A stretch of 64,000 bases of DNA. Origin: a virus. Taxonomy: Duplodnaviria; Caudoviricetes. The stretch's first letter is position 1, and each line of letters opens with the position of its first letter. Under the pieces are notes generated by a model. That model ran no database searches. It was given only the letters and a program-made list of their open reading frames with translations, and had not been told where the DNA came from. The stretch is taken from IMG/VR virus record IMGVR_UViG_3300036762_000065, positions 32,001 through 96,000 of that record; one strand, written 5' to 3'. The position numbers and the translations under genes were made by a program. This document shows, piece by piece, positions 52,531-61,302 of the stretch.

Positions 52531-52962
52531 TTGTGGTATATTACGCTGTATAGCAATGATGTGCAATGGAATATAATTACTGACTTATGTAAATATAAAA
52601 TAGGCGTTGCTTCTGGATATTCTTACGGTAATGAATTCGACAATACCGACTGCTTAAAATCCACTGTCGAGGCAGTTACTTTGGAAGAGCAGAATTTAAA
52701 GAAGTTGTTGGCCAAAACTATAGACATTACGTTTATGGACGACACTGCCGCAACATACTTGATTAGAAAAAATCTAAACTCAAGCAGTAAGTTAATTAAA
52801 TTAGGAACTAGACAACCTTTAACATCGTTGAGTGTACATCTCGTTTGCTCTAAGAATAACACCTCATGTTATAATGTTATCCGTAAGTTTAATGAAGGAC
52901 TGCGTATACTTAACGCTGACGGCACTATAGATTCCATAGTACGCAAATCGTTAGTATATTGA
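52531..52962 (+). pseudogene. Truncated periplasmic substrate-binding protein (family 3-like), C-terminal portion
   Basis: DLCKYKIGVASGYSYGNEFD...QNLKKLL...ID...HLVCSK...FNEGLRIL..DGTID.I. No signal peptide or N-lobe; TTG directly after the upstream TAG, with no SD. Confidence 0.6.
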
Positions 52963-53009
52963 AAAATACTAATTTTATTGTAACACAAACCAACGCCAGG
53001 AAATTACAA

Positions 53010-53534
53010 ATGAAAATATCTTTAGATTTAAACGGCTATGAGTCTGATTCTGCCGAAGCTTTAACTAGAGACGAAAAATCTCTACAAACTGCAATTACAA
53101 GGCTCGCCCGCTACAAAGAAAAAATAGCTGCTACTGTTACTAGAATACGTACACTAAAGTCAAAAGTAAAAGCTGCCGGACGTAGCGGCAGAGTAGCTGC
53201 TAAACCAAAAGCCGGTAAAGCTCCTGCTGCTAAACCAAAAGCCGGTAAAGCTCCTGCTGCTAAACCTCTCAGCAAACGAGGAGCAGCTCAAAGAGAAGCC
53301 GTTAAAGCTCCTGCTAAAGCTCCTGCTAAACCTGCTGCTGATGCTAAGTCACCTGCTCAGGTACACAGAGAACTTGTCCAGAAGTATGCTGCGTTGAATA
53401 AACGTGTGGAAGCAGCATACAAACGAAAGGATTACATTAAAGCTAAAAAGTTAAATGCTCAACTTGTTGAGTTGAATAAAAAGGTTAAGGCTGCGATGAA
53501 GGCAGATATGGAATCTCGTGTAAGCAAAAAATAA
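53010..53534 (+). CDS. Histone H1/AlgP-like Lys-Ala-Pro-rich DNA-binding protein
   Basis: ATG 53010 follows AGGA; AAKPKAGKAP repeats encoded by a 30-nt tandem repeat (53196-53266). Confidence 0.65.
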   Translation: MKISLDLNGYESDSAEALTRDEKSLQTAITRLARYKEKIAATVTRIRTLKSKVKAAGRSGRVAAKPKAGKAPAAKPKAGKAPAAKPLSKRGAAQREAVKAPAKAPAKPAADAKSPAQVHRELVQKYAALNKRVEAAYKRKDYIKAKKLNAQLVELNKKVKAAMKADMESRVSKK

Positions 53535-53561
53535 ATAAACCGAAACATTTAAGGTAACACT

Positions 53562-54311
53562 ATGAGCCACATGCAATCTATAAGTTTTTCTTTAGGTCAA
53601 AAACCAACAGAGCTTCGCGGAATCAGCGGCAAATCTAACTCTATTAATCTAAACAAAGAAGTTACAGGAGCCTCTGAAGGTCGAACTATAGATGCTAATA
53701 TGTGGCTTCCTCGTGCAGCCGAAGTATACCAGATAAGTCCTAAGCTTTCTGATTATATACTTGTTCCTGTACCTAGTCTTATAAGTGATATAAGTAATAC
53801 AAACGGCGACTCTGTTTCTAAAGCAGAGTTGCTTCGCTTTCATCCTGATCAAGGCTGTCTTGCATATCAAACGTGGAAAGGGAAGCCTACCCATGTAGAA
53901 CACGCCAATAAGGATATAACTAAAGCTAAAGGAATTATCCTTGACGTTTTCTTACGTCCTATGGCTAGATATCACGGAAACCATGTTAAAGTTATAAAGC
54001 TCCTTGCATTTGATAGAACTAAAGATGAGACTCTTTGCAATAACATACTTGAGCGTAAGGTAAATACATACAGTTTAGGTATGTGGTTCAAGAGTTACAC
54101 CTGCACAATATGTAACAATCAAGTAGGTCAAAACTTCGGGCGTATGTGTGTACATACAAAACCTAGAAAACCTATCTATCAGCAACCGGATGGTAAATTG
54201 GCTTACAGACAGTGTGAGAATATCATAGGTTTCGAGACCTCTGTAGTATTGGACCCTGCATACGTAGTAGCCTTGTCCGATCATTTGATTGATGTTAGTA
54301 AATTTGCTTGA
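53562..54311 (+). CDS. Prohead (capsid maturation) protease with Zn-finger insertion
   Basis: NGD; GKPTHVEH; YSLG; CTIC...CVH; FETSVVLDPAY (HK97-type ExSxVxxPA); upstream of scaffold and capsid. Confidence 0.75.
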   Translation: MSHMQSISFSLGQKPTELRGISGKSNSINLNKEVTGASEGRTIDANMWLPRAAEVYQISPKLSDYILVPVPSLISDISNTNGDSVSKAELLRFHPDQGCLAYQTWKGKPTHVEHANKDITKAKGIILDVFLRPMARYHGNHVKVIKLLAFDRTKDETLCNNILERKVNTYSLGMWFKSYTCTICNNQVGQNFGRMCVHTKPRKPIYQQPDGKLAYRQCENIIGFETSVVLDPAYVVALSDHLIDVSKFA

Positions 54312-54318
54312 TACTCCT

Positions 54319-54756
54319 ATGATACAGATTCAGATATCTTTGTCTGCTAATGAATTGAAGGTTGAATCCGTTGTTGAGAATATGTACAAGGAGCTCCGCA
54401 GTACAAGAACAGGTAAAAGCTCTTGTCACACGCGAACTATAGCCTACATAAAAGAAAAACCTTGTATAGATTGTCAAATAGTTATCACATACGCACCTGA
54501 TGTTAGGAATGAAGGTAACGAATTTGCTGTACATTCATTTGTAAAAGAAAATGCAACAGATACTATTGAGTTCGACAGTCAGCACGGAACTATTAGAAAT
54601 AACATTTATTACAATACAGAAGTAATAAAATCAAAAGGTAAGGAGTATAAAATACCCAGACAGCATTTAATGAAGCACTCCTATAACCTAGATATTTCTG
54701 CGTTTAAGGCAGCTAAAAGTGCTGCCGAAGCTGTATCATTATTAAGAAAGACTTAA
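54319..54756 (+). CDS. Hypothetical protein with MIQIQISLS leader and possible Cys-His-Asp triad
   Basis: SSCH...AVHSFV...EFDS. Confidence 0.45.
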   Translation: MIQIQISLSANELKVESVVENMYKELRSTRTGKSSCHTRTIAYIKEKPCIDCQIVITYAPDVRNEGNEFAVHSFVKENATDTIEFDSQHGTIRNNIYYNTEVIKSKGKEYKIPRQHLMKHSYNLDISAFKAAKSAAEAVSLLRKT

Positions 54757-54836
54757 CATCCGCTCCGAATTAATACTCCGAGGTCACCGCTCGTTACTTC
54801 CCTTATGCGGTTTTTCTAAAGCACCCTGTAGTATTG

Positions 54837-54923
54837 CGCTTATTTTACGGGACAGACTATGCCGTCCCAGCAATATAGTTTTTGTACAACTACACGCACC
54901 GTACAATTACCGTAAAATAAGCG
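54837..54923. repeat. Perfect 14-bp inverted repeat enclosing smaller stems
   Basis: CGCTTATTTTACGG (54837-54850) / CCGTAAAATAAGCG (54910-54923). Confidence 0.85.
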
Positions 54924-55089
54924 TCCCTCTCTATTTTAAACTGCATAAAAAATCCTTCTTATTTTTTCTTATTTTTCCTGTTTTTCTTAATTTATACTTG
55001 AATTTGATAAAATGTTTTTTATATTCGTTTTGTCTATTTGCGACCTTACTCGGTCGTCATTTAACCTAACTCCATCCTAGGAGATTGAA

Positions 55090-57483
55090 ATGTCTAAGAC
55101 CCGAACAAACGACACCAAAACAGTACTTAGAGGTATCGTAGTTGCCGGGAACTCACGACAAGATGTTGAGGAGAACTATCGTTCAGTAGTAACTGGAGTG
55201 TCTGTAAAAGCACTACAGCCTGAAGATAATTCTTTCACTATTTTAAGCAACGCCGATGCCGACATTAGTTTATTTAATCCACTTACAGGTATGTTGGATT
55301 TAGTAACCGCAAGTGACGATTTAATTGGTCGTATGGAATTCCTAGCTTCTGATAGTGAACAAAAAGTTACTGCCTTCTACTCGCTATGTAGCGACAGTGA
55401 AGGTAACGGCTGCAACTCTCATCTTATCGCTGATGACCCTGAGCTACTGAAACATTGCCCAGTATGTGCATCAACATTAAAAATGTTGGATGAAGATGAT
55501 ATCAATGAACTACTTAGTAGTTCAAGTGACGATGAAGACGATGATTGTCCTGATTGCTCCGAAGATAGTATTATTTCGGTTGCCAATTCGTATGAGGAAG
55601 CCCAAGAAGCCTACTACGAACTTGTATCAGGTACGGCAGAACCGTTTGGAATTCGTTGCGAATACGCCACAATCCTGTCAAATGTAGACTCTTCTGAGTT
55701 TTCACACAGTCCATTTACATCAAAAGCTAGTGCAGATGTTGATTTGGATGATTTTGACACAGAAGCTATTGCTAGTGCTGGAGCTGGAGAACAAACTGCC
55801 AACTACTATGTATGTGCAAACACAGAAGGTTGTGGTAAACATATTATTTCCAGTTCAGATAATCCTGTATTCTGTCCTTCCTGTTCTTCCGGTCTCATTG
55901 AGCCTGAAGATGATCCTGAGGCGATTGCTTCTGATAAGGAAACTGAGTTGGGTAAGGAGGATGCTATTAATACTCTGTTAGGCGAGAAAGGCAACATAGT
56001 TGCAGTTGCCGCTACTGCAAAAGAAGCAAAAGCTCAATTTATCAGTCTATCAAGATTAGAAAACGATGATGTTCATACATATGATTGCGAAGGTACTGTA
56101 GTCGCATCTAATATTGATAACTCGGAGTTTTCCTTCAGTCCTTTTGACGGTGAATCCGTTTCAGAGGTTGATGTTTCTGATGACTTTGAAATTGAAATCA
56201 TTGCATCCGGTTCCAAGCAAAATATCGAAGCGCATCATTACGTATGTTCCGCAGATGATGAATGCGGTATGCATATAGTTGCTTCTGTAGAAGTAGAAAG
56301 CTGCCCTTCATGTTCTTCCGGCCTTATTGAGCCTGAATCAACTTCTTCCGACGATGAAGAGGACGATTACGATGAAGAGGATGAAGAGGAAGACTTTGAA
56401 GACGATGACGAAGATGATGACGATGACGACTTCGACTCTGAGTCTGCTGCCGAAGAAGAGGAATATATAAACTCTTTATCTTCCGAAGACCTCGATGATT
56501 ATTTAGACTCTTTATCTTCGGATGACGAGGATGATTCTGACGATGACGAGGATGATTCTGACGATGACGAGGATGATTCTGACGATGACGAGGATGATGA
56601 TGATGGTGATGATGACTCGGACAATACCTTATCAGTCTCTTCTGTAAAATTCAAGTCTTCTAAGAGAAAGCCGGAAGACTCTACCGTTGCTGTTAGCTTG
56701 TTGTCTATCGCATCTTCCTATGAAGAATACGATGCAGCTAAACTTGAAGTATCTTGTGCAGGTACAATCCAAAACGAAACAACTTGGATTGCATTTTATG
56801 ACGGAATGCCTGTAGCAAAAGCCACAGCGTCTAATGCACTTAAGCATTCTGATATCTTCAATAAGCCTCTGTTCGGTAACGCCTTCTTAGCTACCGCTAA
56901 AGAAAATTCCGTGCAAGAAGCTTTAAGTGCTTTCGGCTTTAAAGAGTTTTGTCCTGAGTTTAACGTGGAATCACACGTTGAAAACGAGATAGCTACTCAG
57001 GTAGAAGCCAAAGTTAAAGATGTTGAAGATAAGCATCAAACAGAATCTAATGATTACAATGAACGTATGCAATCGGCGCTTGCTACTGCTGCTCAAGGTA
57101 TCAATAGAAACTTCTTCAAAGGTATCGTTAACCCTAACCCTATTAAGACAGCACTTGCTTCAAGTTTGGCAGCCGCTGGTTTACGGGAGCCGGAAGCTAT
57201 TATAGCTAAAGCCTTTGCAGATCATTCGGACGCATATCATAAGAATTTGATTAATAAAGCTTCGGAAATTGTAGCTAAGTCTATTGAAATTCAAAATGAA
57301 CTTGCGGAAGCCGTTGCCGGTAGTAACCCAAGCACAAATACTGATACTGTTGTCCCTATAGGCACCCCTGCTAAATTACCTACGCAGAAACCTATGGAAT
57401 CAACATCGTCTGTATCTTCTGGGGAAAAACCTGCATTCTCTCGTATGGATGCAATCCTGGCTGGCTTAGGTCAGCGGAAATAA
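55090..57483 (+). CDS. Probable capsid scaffold/core protein with three Zn-ribbon repeats and an acidic tract
   Basis: Between protease and capsid genes; three C..C...CPxC repeats; D/E tract; C-terminal coiled coil. Confidence 0.65.
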   Translation: MSKTRTNDTKTVLRGIVVAGNSRQDVEENYRSVVTGVSVKALQPEDNSFTILSNADADISLFNPLTGMLDLVTASDDLIGRMEFLASDSEQKVTAFYSLCSDSEGNGCNSHLIADDPELLKHCPVCASTLKMLDEDDINELLSSSSDDEDDDCPDCSEDSIISVANSYEEAQEAYYELVSGTAEPFGIRCEYATILSNVDSSEFSHSPFTSKASADVDLDDFDTEAIASAGAGEQTANYYVCANTEGCGKHIISSSDNPVFCPSCSSGLIEPEDDPEAIASDKETELGKEDAINTLLGEKGNIVAVAATAKEAKAQFISLSRLENDDVHTYDCEGTVVASNIDNSEFSFSPFDGESVSEVDVSDDFEIEIIASGSKQNIEAHHYVCSADDECGMHIVASVEVESCPSCSSGLIEPESTSSDDEEDDYDEEDEEEDFEDDDEDDDDDDFDSESAAEEEEYINSLSSEDLDDYLDSLSSDDEDDSDDDEDDSDDDEDDSDDDEDDDDGDDDSDNTLSVSSVKFKSSKRKPEDSTVAVSLLSIASSYEEYDAAKLEVSCAGTIQNETTWIAFYDGMPVAKATASNALKHSDIFNKPLFGNAFLATAKENSVQEALSAFGFKEFCPEFNVESHVENEIATQVEAKVKDVEDKHQTESNDYNERMQSALATAAQGINRNFFKGIVNPNPIKTALASSLAAAGLREPEAIIAKAFADHSDAYHKNLINKASEIVAKSIEIQNELAEAVAGSNPSTNTDTVVPIGTPAKLPTQKPMESTSSVSSGEKPAFSRMDAILAGLGQRK
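56521..56598 (+). repeat. 21-nt tandem repeat (DDEDDSD x3 plus partial)
   Basis: GATGACGAGGATGATTCTGAC repeated. Confidence 0.9.
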
Positions 57484-57531
57484 CCCCATTTTTTAGATAA
57501 AAATCTTAATATGCCCCAGGAGGGATTGTAC

Positions 57532-58215
57532 ATGATTAATCAAAAATATACTCGTATCTTTGATACCGAGCACCACAACGTAGAAACTGCTGCAAGTATT
57601 CCTGATGAAGGTATTGCGTTAGTTTTCGTTAAAGAGAATGACCTTACTGTTGTTACTCAAAGTAAGGGTGTTGCAGGTGAAGTTTTTGCAGGAGTTTCTC
57701 TTGCTCGTAACACACCTCCGTTGTTCGTACCATTCGTGTATGAAGGTGTTGTGGACTCAGCCTCAGGTCTTGAGTTGCCGCGCACTCCAATTACAGGTCA
57801 GATCCTTGTTAGGGTTGACGGCGCTGCTGCTACTATAGTTGCAACAGTACCTGCTTCTGCAAGCGAAGTTCAATTAGTAGATAAAAACCTAACATTCCAC
57901 GCTGCTGCTAACGGTAAAACTTTGGCTGTACAGTTCATGTATGAGCCTACTGTAACAGAAGCTCGTCAGTATAAAGGTGATGTTGCTGTTGGCGGACTGT
58001 CTGCTACTGCACAAGGCGTTATCGGCGTTATCACACGAGGTACTGTGTCTACTACTTACTTTAATGCTGCTGATGATTGGACAGGTGCTCTTTCTGTTAA
58101 GCTCGGTGCTGACGGTATGTTCACTGTAAGCGGCCCCGGTGAAGTAGTTCCTAACTGTACAGTTATGTCTTCGCCTAGTGCAGGTAACCCAACCTTAGGT
58201 TTACGAATTGGTTAA
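57532..58215 (+). CDS. Capsid decoration/cement protein
   Basis: ATG 57532 follows AGGAGG; immediately before the capsid gene; beta-rich (EVFAGVS, IGVITRG). Confidence 0.6.
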   Translation: MINQKYTRIFDTEHHNVETAASIPDEGIALVFVKENDLTVVTQSKGVAGEVFAGVSLARNTPPLFVPFVYEGVVDSASGLELPRTPITGQILVRVDGAAATIVATVPASASEVQLVDKNLTFHAAANGKTLAVQFMYEPTVTEARQYKGDVAVGGLSATAQGVIGVITRGTVSTTYFNAADDWTGALSVKLGADGMFTVSGPGEVVPNCTVMSSPSAGNPTLGLRIG

Positions 58216-58268
58216 TAAGCCATTTTTGTCTACGCTATAAATTTAATTGAATTTTCGGAGAAACATAT

Positions 58269-59360
58269 ATGAAATCCAATACACAAGGCGCCAGAATGGT
58301 TCTTGCTAACGGCGACCCAATTACCGAACTGCGTTTGGGCAAATCGCACTCTAGCGCACTCGACCAAAAAACTGGCGAGTTTAACGCACACAATACAAAA
58401 GAACTTTTGCAACAGATCAGTGGATTGATGCAAGCGGTTGCTAACGGTCAGGTTGTTGAAGACACTATGCAGTCTGTTAGTTCTTCTGATGAGCGCCGTG
58501 AACTTCTTGCGAGTGCCATGAACGATGAAACAGGACAACAGTGGGCAGCACTTGGTGCAGGTCTTGCTAGACAGATCAACGAGCAAACTGACCGTGAAGG
58601 TTTCTTGCGCCGTATCTGTAGCGGTAATACGTTACGTCAAGGCGAAATTGCACGTATTCCAATGCCACAGCATGATACGTTTGCTGTAGTAGCAACCACA
58701 GCATCTAACATGGGCTACCAGACTATCCGTCAGCGTCTTTTTACTCCTGATGAGTTTGAGATTCAAGCTAACGTTCGCGTTGAAGCTTTGGACATCGAAC
58801 AAGTTAACGGTGATCTTTTGGAAAACGCTTACAACGACGGTCTGCAAGCTATTATGGTTGCAGAAGATCGTCTATGGAGACAAGCTGCGGATATGACTGT
58901 CGGTATCACTAACGATCTGGAATTGATCGCAGGCGAACTTACAACTAAGTCATTAGGTAACTTACGTCAAGCTGTAAGCCGTTGGAATTTACCTGCAACT
59001 ACTGCACTGATTTCAAATGATTTCTGGTCAGACATTATTGGAAGTAACGACTTCGCTACATTCCTTGATCCTATTACAAAATATGATCTTGCTATGAACG
59101 GTCAGTTGGGTACTCTAGTAGGTCTGAGTTTGATCACGGATGCTTTCCGTCAGCCAAACCAGAAAGTACTTGCTCCTGGTGAAATTTACATTCTTGCAAG
59201 TCCTGAAAATCATGCATCGTATACTACCCGTGGCGGTATCCGGTCTACTCCTACTACTGGAGCTAACCAAGGTAACAGCACACGCGGTTGGTTTATGTCA
59301 GAACCGTTTAGCTTTGTACTCGCTAACAATCGTTCTGTAGCAAAAGGAAAACGTATCTAA
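58269..59360 (+). CDS. Major capsid protein (HK97 fold)
   Basis: Protease-scaffold-decoration-capsid order; IMVAEDRLW and GQLGTLVGLSLITDA motifs; strong codon bias; terminator follows. Confidence 0.85.
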   Translation: MKSNTQGARMVLANGDPITELRLGKSHSSALDQKTGEFNAHNTKELLQQISGLMQAVANGQVVEDTMQSVSSSDERRELLASAMNDETGQQWAALGAGLARQINEQTDREGFLRRICSGNTLRQGEIARIPMPQHDTFAVVATTASNMGYQTIRQRLFTPDEFEIQANVRVEALDIEQVNGDLLENAYNDGLQAIMVAEDRLWRQAADMTVGITNDLELIAGELTTKSLGNLRQAVSRWNLPATTALISNDFWSDIIGSNDFATFLDPITKYDLAMNGQLGTLVGLSLITDAFRQPNQKVLAPGEIYILASPENHASYTTRGGIRSTPTTGANQGNSTRGWFMSEPFSFVLANNRSVAKGKRI

Positions 59361-59387
59361 CAAATACGTTTTTTAAAGAACAAAATG

Positions 59388-59423
59388 AAAGCAGGGTAGA
59401 TCAGCGTCCTCCCTGCTTTTTTT
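59388..59423 (+). terminator. Rho-independent terminator after the capsid gene
   Basis: AAAGCAGGG...CCCTGCTTT then a T run. Confidence 0.8.
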
Positions 59424-59447
59424 ACGTCTAGTTAATGCAGGAATTGT

Positions 59448-59741
59448 ATGAAAATACAAATATCATTATGCGGCAAGGTAGTCAATAATAAGAAACATAG
59501 GTATAATCTTCCTGTCTCTAAAAAACACAGCCCGGAAATAAAAGAACTTCTTGCACAACTAAAGGACGTTCGCGCATCTATAAAAGCTATAGGTAGACAC
59601 ATAGCAAAAGGTAATGAATTTATACATATACGCATAGGCTATAAAAAAGACACACCTATAAAAACATTGCAAAAACAAGAACAAAAGATCATTTCTAAAC
59701 TTCACGCTTTAGGTTTGGATGTAAACCTTTTCAAGGGATAA
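59448..59741 (+). CDS. Small basic protein with MKIQISLC leader
   Basis: SD AGGA; Lys-rich. Confidence 0.55.
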   Translation: MKIQISLCGKVVNNKKHRYNLPVSKKHSPEIKELLAQLKDVRASIKAIGRHIAKGNEFIHIRIGYKKDTPIKTLQKQEQKIISKLHALGLDVNLFKG

Positions 59742-59796
59742 GTTAAACACAACAGAATTTAATAATTTAATGTATAATCAACCAGTTAGGTGTCCC

Positions 59797-60369
59797 ATGA
59801 GCGAACTCAAAGATATGTTAGCACTGTCTTTTCTTGCGTTTAAGCAAGGTAAGTTTGATGAGGCGTCTAAGTTTTTTGTGTCTGCAATGGGCATGGAAGG
59901 CTTGGATACTTTCATAAGTGAAATAACAAATAATCCCCCTGTTGCAAAAAATGTTGTAAATGTACCAAACACCGAAAATACGTTTGCCCCTTCATTATCA
60001 GGTACAGACGATATTGATACTATAGTGTCTAGGGTGTCTTCTATATTTGAAGCTAATGCTAGTTCTTTGTACGACTTAGGCGATTACGAGGAAGAAGCTA
60101 GAAGTTCGTTTGAAGATGACGAAGACGGTACTGTACTTTCTTCGGAGGAGTGTTGTGGCAATGCTCCGTGTAAGCGCACAGCAAGCGGTACTTGCCCTGT
60201 ATATAACCCAGAACCTGAAGAGTACGAGAACAAAGAAGAAGAACCTGAGAGCGATGAAGATTTTGTTCCTGTAACTATACAGTTAGATGAACTAGATGAC
60301 AATAGTGTGGTTGTTGCAACAGGATATATCAAGTTGAAACCTATAGGTCATGTAAAACTTAAATTGTAG
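59797..60369 (+). CDS. Acidic hypothetical head-region protein
   Basis: ATG 59797 follows AGGTG; TAATTT motif upstream. Confidence 0.55.
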   Translation: MSELKDMLALSFLAFKQGKFDEASKFFVSAMGMEGLDTFISEITNNPPVAKNVVNVPNTENTFAPSLSGTDDIDTIVSRVSSIFEANASSLYDLGDYEEEARSSFEDDEDGTVLSSEECCGNAPCKRTASGTCPVYNPEPEEYENKEEEPESDEDFVPVTIQLDELDDNSVVVATGYIKLKPIGHVKLKL

Positions 60370-60376
60370 GTGATTT

Positions 60377-61045
60377 ATGGACAATGAATTAAATTTCAAT
60401 CTATTGTCAGGAACCCAGTACGCTAACACGCCACTCTATGCTAGTTTTCTTGGCCTAAGACAGACGTTTGCAAAGCATTTGGGTATTAGTTCAAATATAC
60501 CTATAATTACACACAACAACCAAAAAGCTATATTACGCAAAGAGCGTAATTCAAGCTATCCTTATGCGTACATTCTATTGAGTGGTCTTAAAGTTGTTAG
60601 AGACCAAGAGCCTAATAAAAGTATTGCACGTAGAGGTAGCCATATATCTACACAATCCGCTACTAATGCAACAGTAGCCAAAGGGTATTTGTTTAAAGCG
60701 GAAATAAACTTTGAACTACACTGGCTGCACAATCAGATAACCGATGTAATTATGTTTATAGAAAAAATGTCTATACTAGGTGCAATAGACGCATTTACAT
60801 TCAATGTCACTGTGCCTAATGTGCCTGAGTGGGTAGCAACTGTAGAACTTCCTGACGGAGAGATAGCAATACCTCGTGCAGAACTCGATGACCCCGCTGA
60901 ACCGGGTGCAATGGACATTGCAATTCAGATGGTTCTAAAGACTAGAATAGGTATTGTTAAAGATGTTCCAAAAGTAAACAATCAAGGTCTAGTTACACAA
61001 ACTGTCGGTGTAGGTAACTCCTCTACAGGGGAAATTGAATCGTGA
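60377..61045 (+). CDS. Virion structural protein, possibly tail-completion/terminator-like
   Basis: SYPYAYI motif and beta-rich pattern; late-gene context (inference). Confidence 0.4.
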   Translation: MDNELNFNLLSGTQYANTPLYASFLGLRQTFAKHLGISSNIPIITHNNQKAILRKERNSSYPYAYILLSGLKVVRDQEPNKSIARRGSHISTQSATNATVAKGYLFKAEINFELHWLHNQITDVIMFIEKMSILGAIDAFTFNVTVPNVPEWVATVELPDGEIAIPRAELDDPAEPGAMDIAIQMVLKTRIGIVKDVPKVNNQGLVTQTVGVGNSSTGEIES

Positions 61046-61302
61046 AAATCCAGATAAGTTTATCCAATCAAGCAGCTAAGAACAATATAAAAACACAACG
61101 TATGCAAATAAAAAGTCTGAGGGACAGACTGTCTCGGGTACGTGATGTTATGAAGCGGTTGCGAGAAAGGAAAAAAAGATTTGAACAACAGTATGAACAA
61201 CAGTCAGAAGCAATAAACGTTAAAATACAAAACATAGAACAAGCCATAGAACGTAATCAAAGTAGAATAGCTAAAAACAAACAAGAGGTGGATACCAAAT
61301 GA
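61042..61302 (+). CDS. Small coiled-coil protein with MKIQISLS leader
   Basis: GTGA overlap with the upstream stop; heptad pattern. Confidence 0.55.
   Translation: MKIQISLSNQAAKNNIKTQRMQIKSLRDRLSRVRDVMKRLRERKKRFEQQYEQQSEAINVKIQNIEQAIERNQSRIAKNKQEVDTK

Noticed and set aside
54757-55089. tRNA gene
   Set aside because: No T-loop GTTCRA, D-loop pattern or cloverleaf spacing was found.
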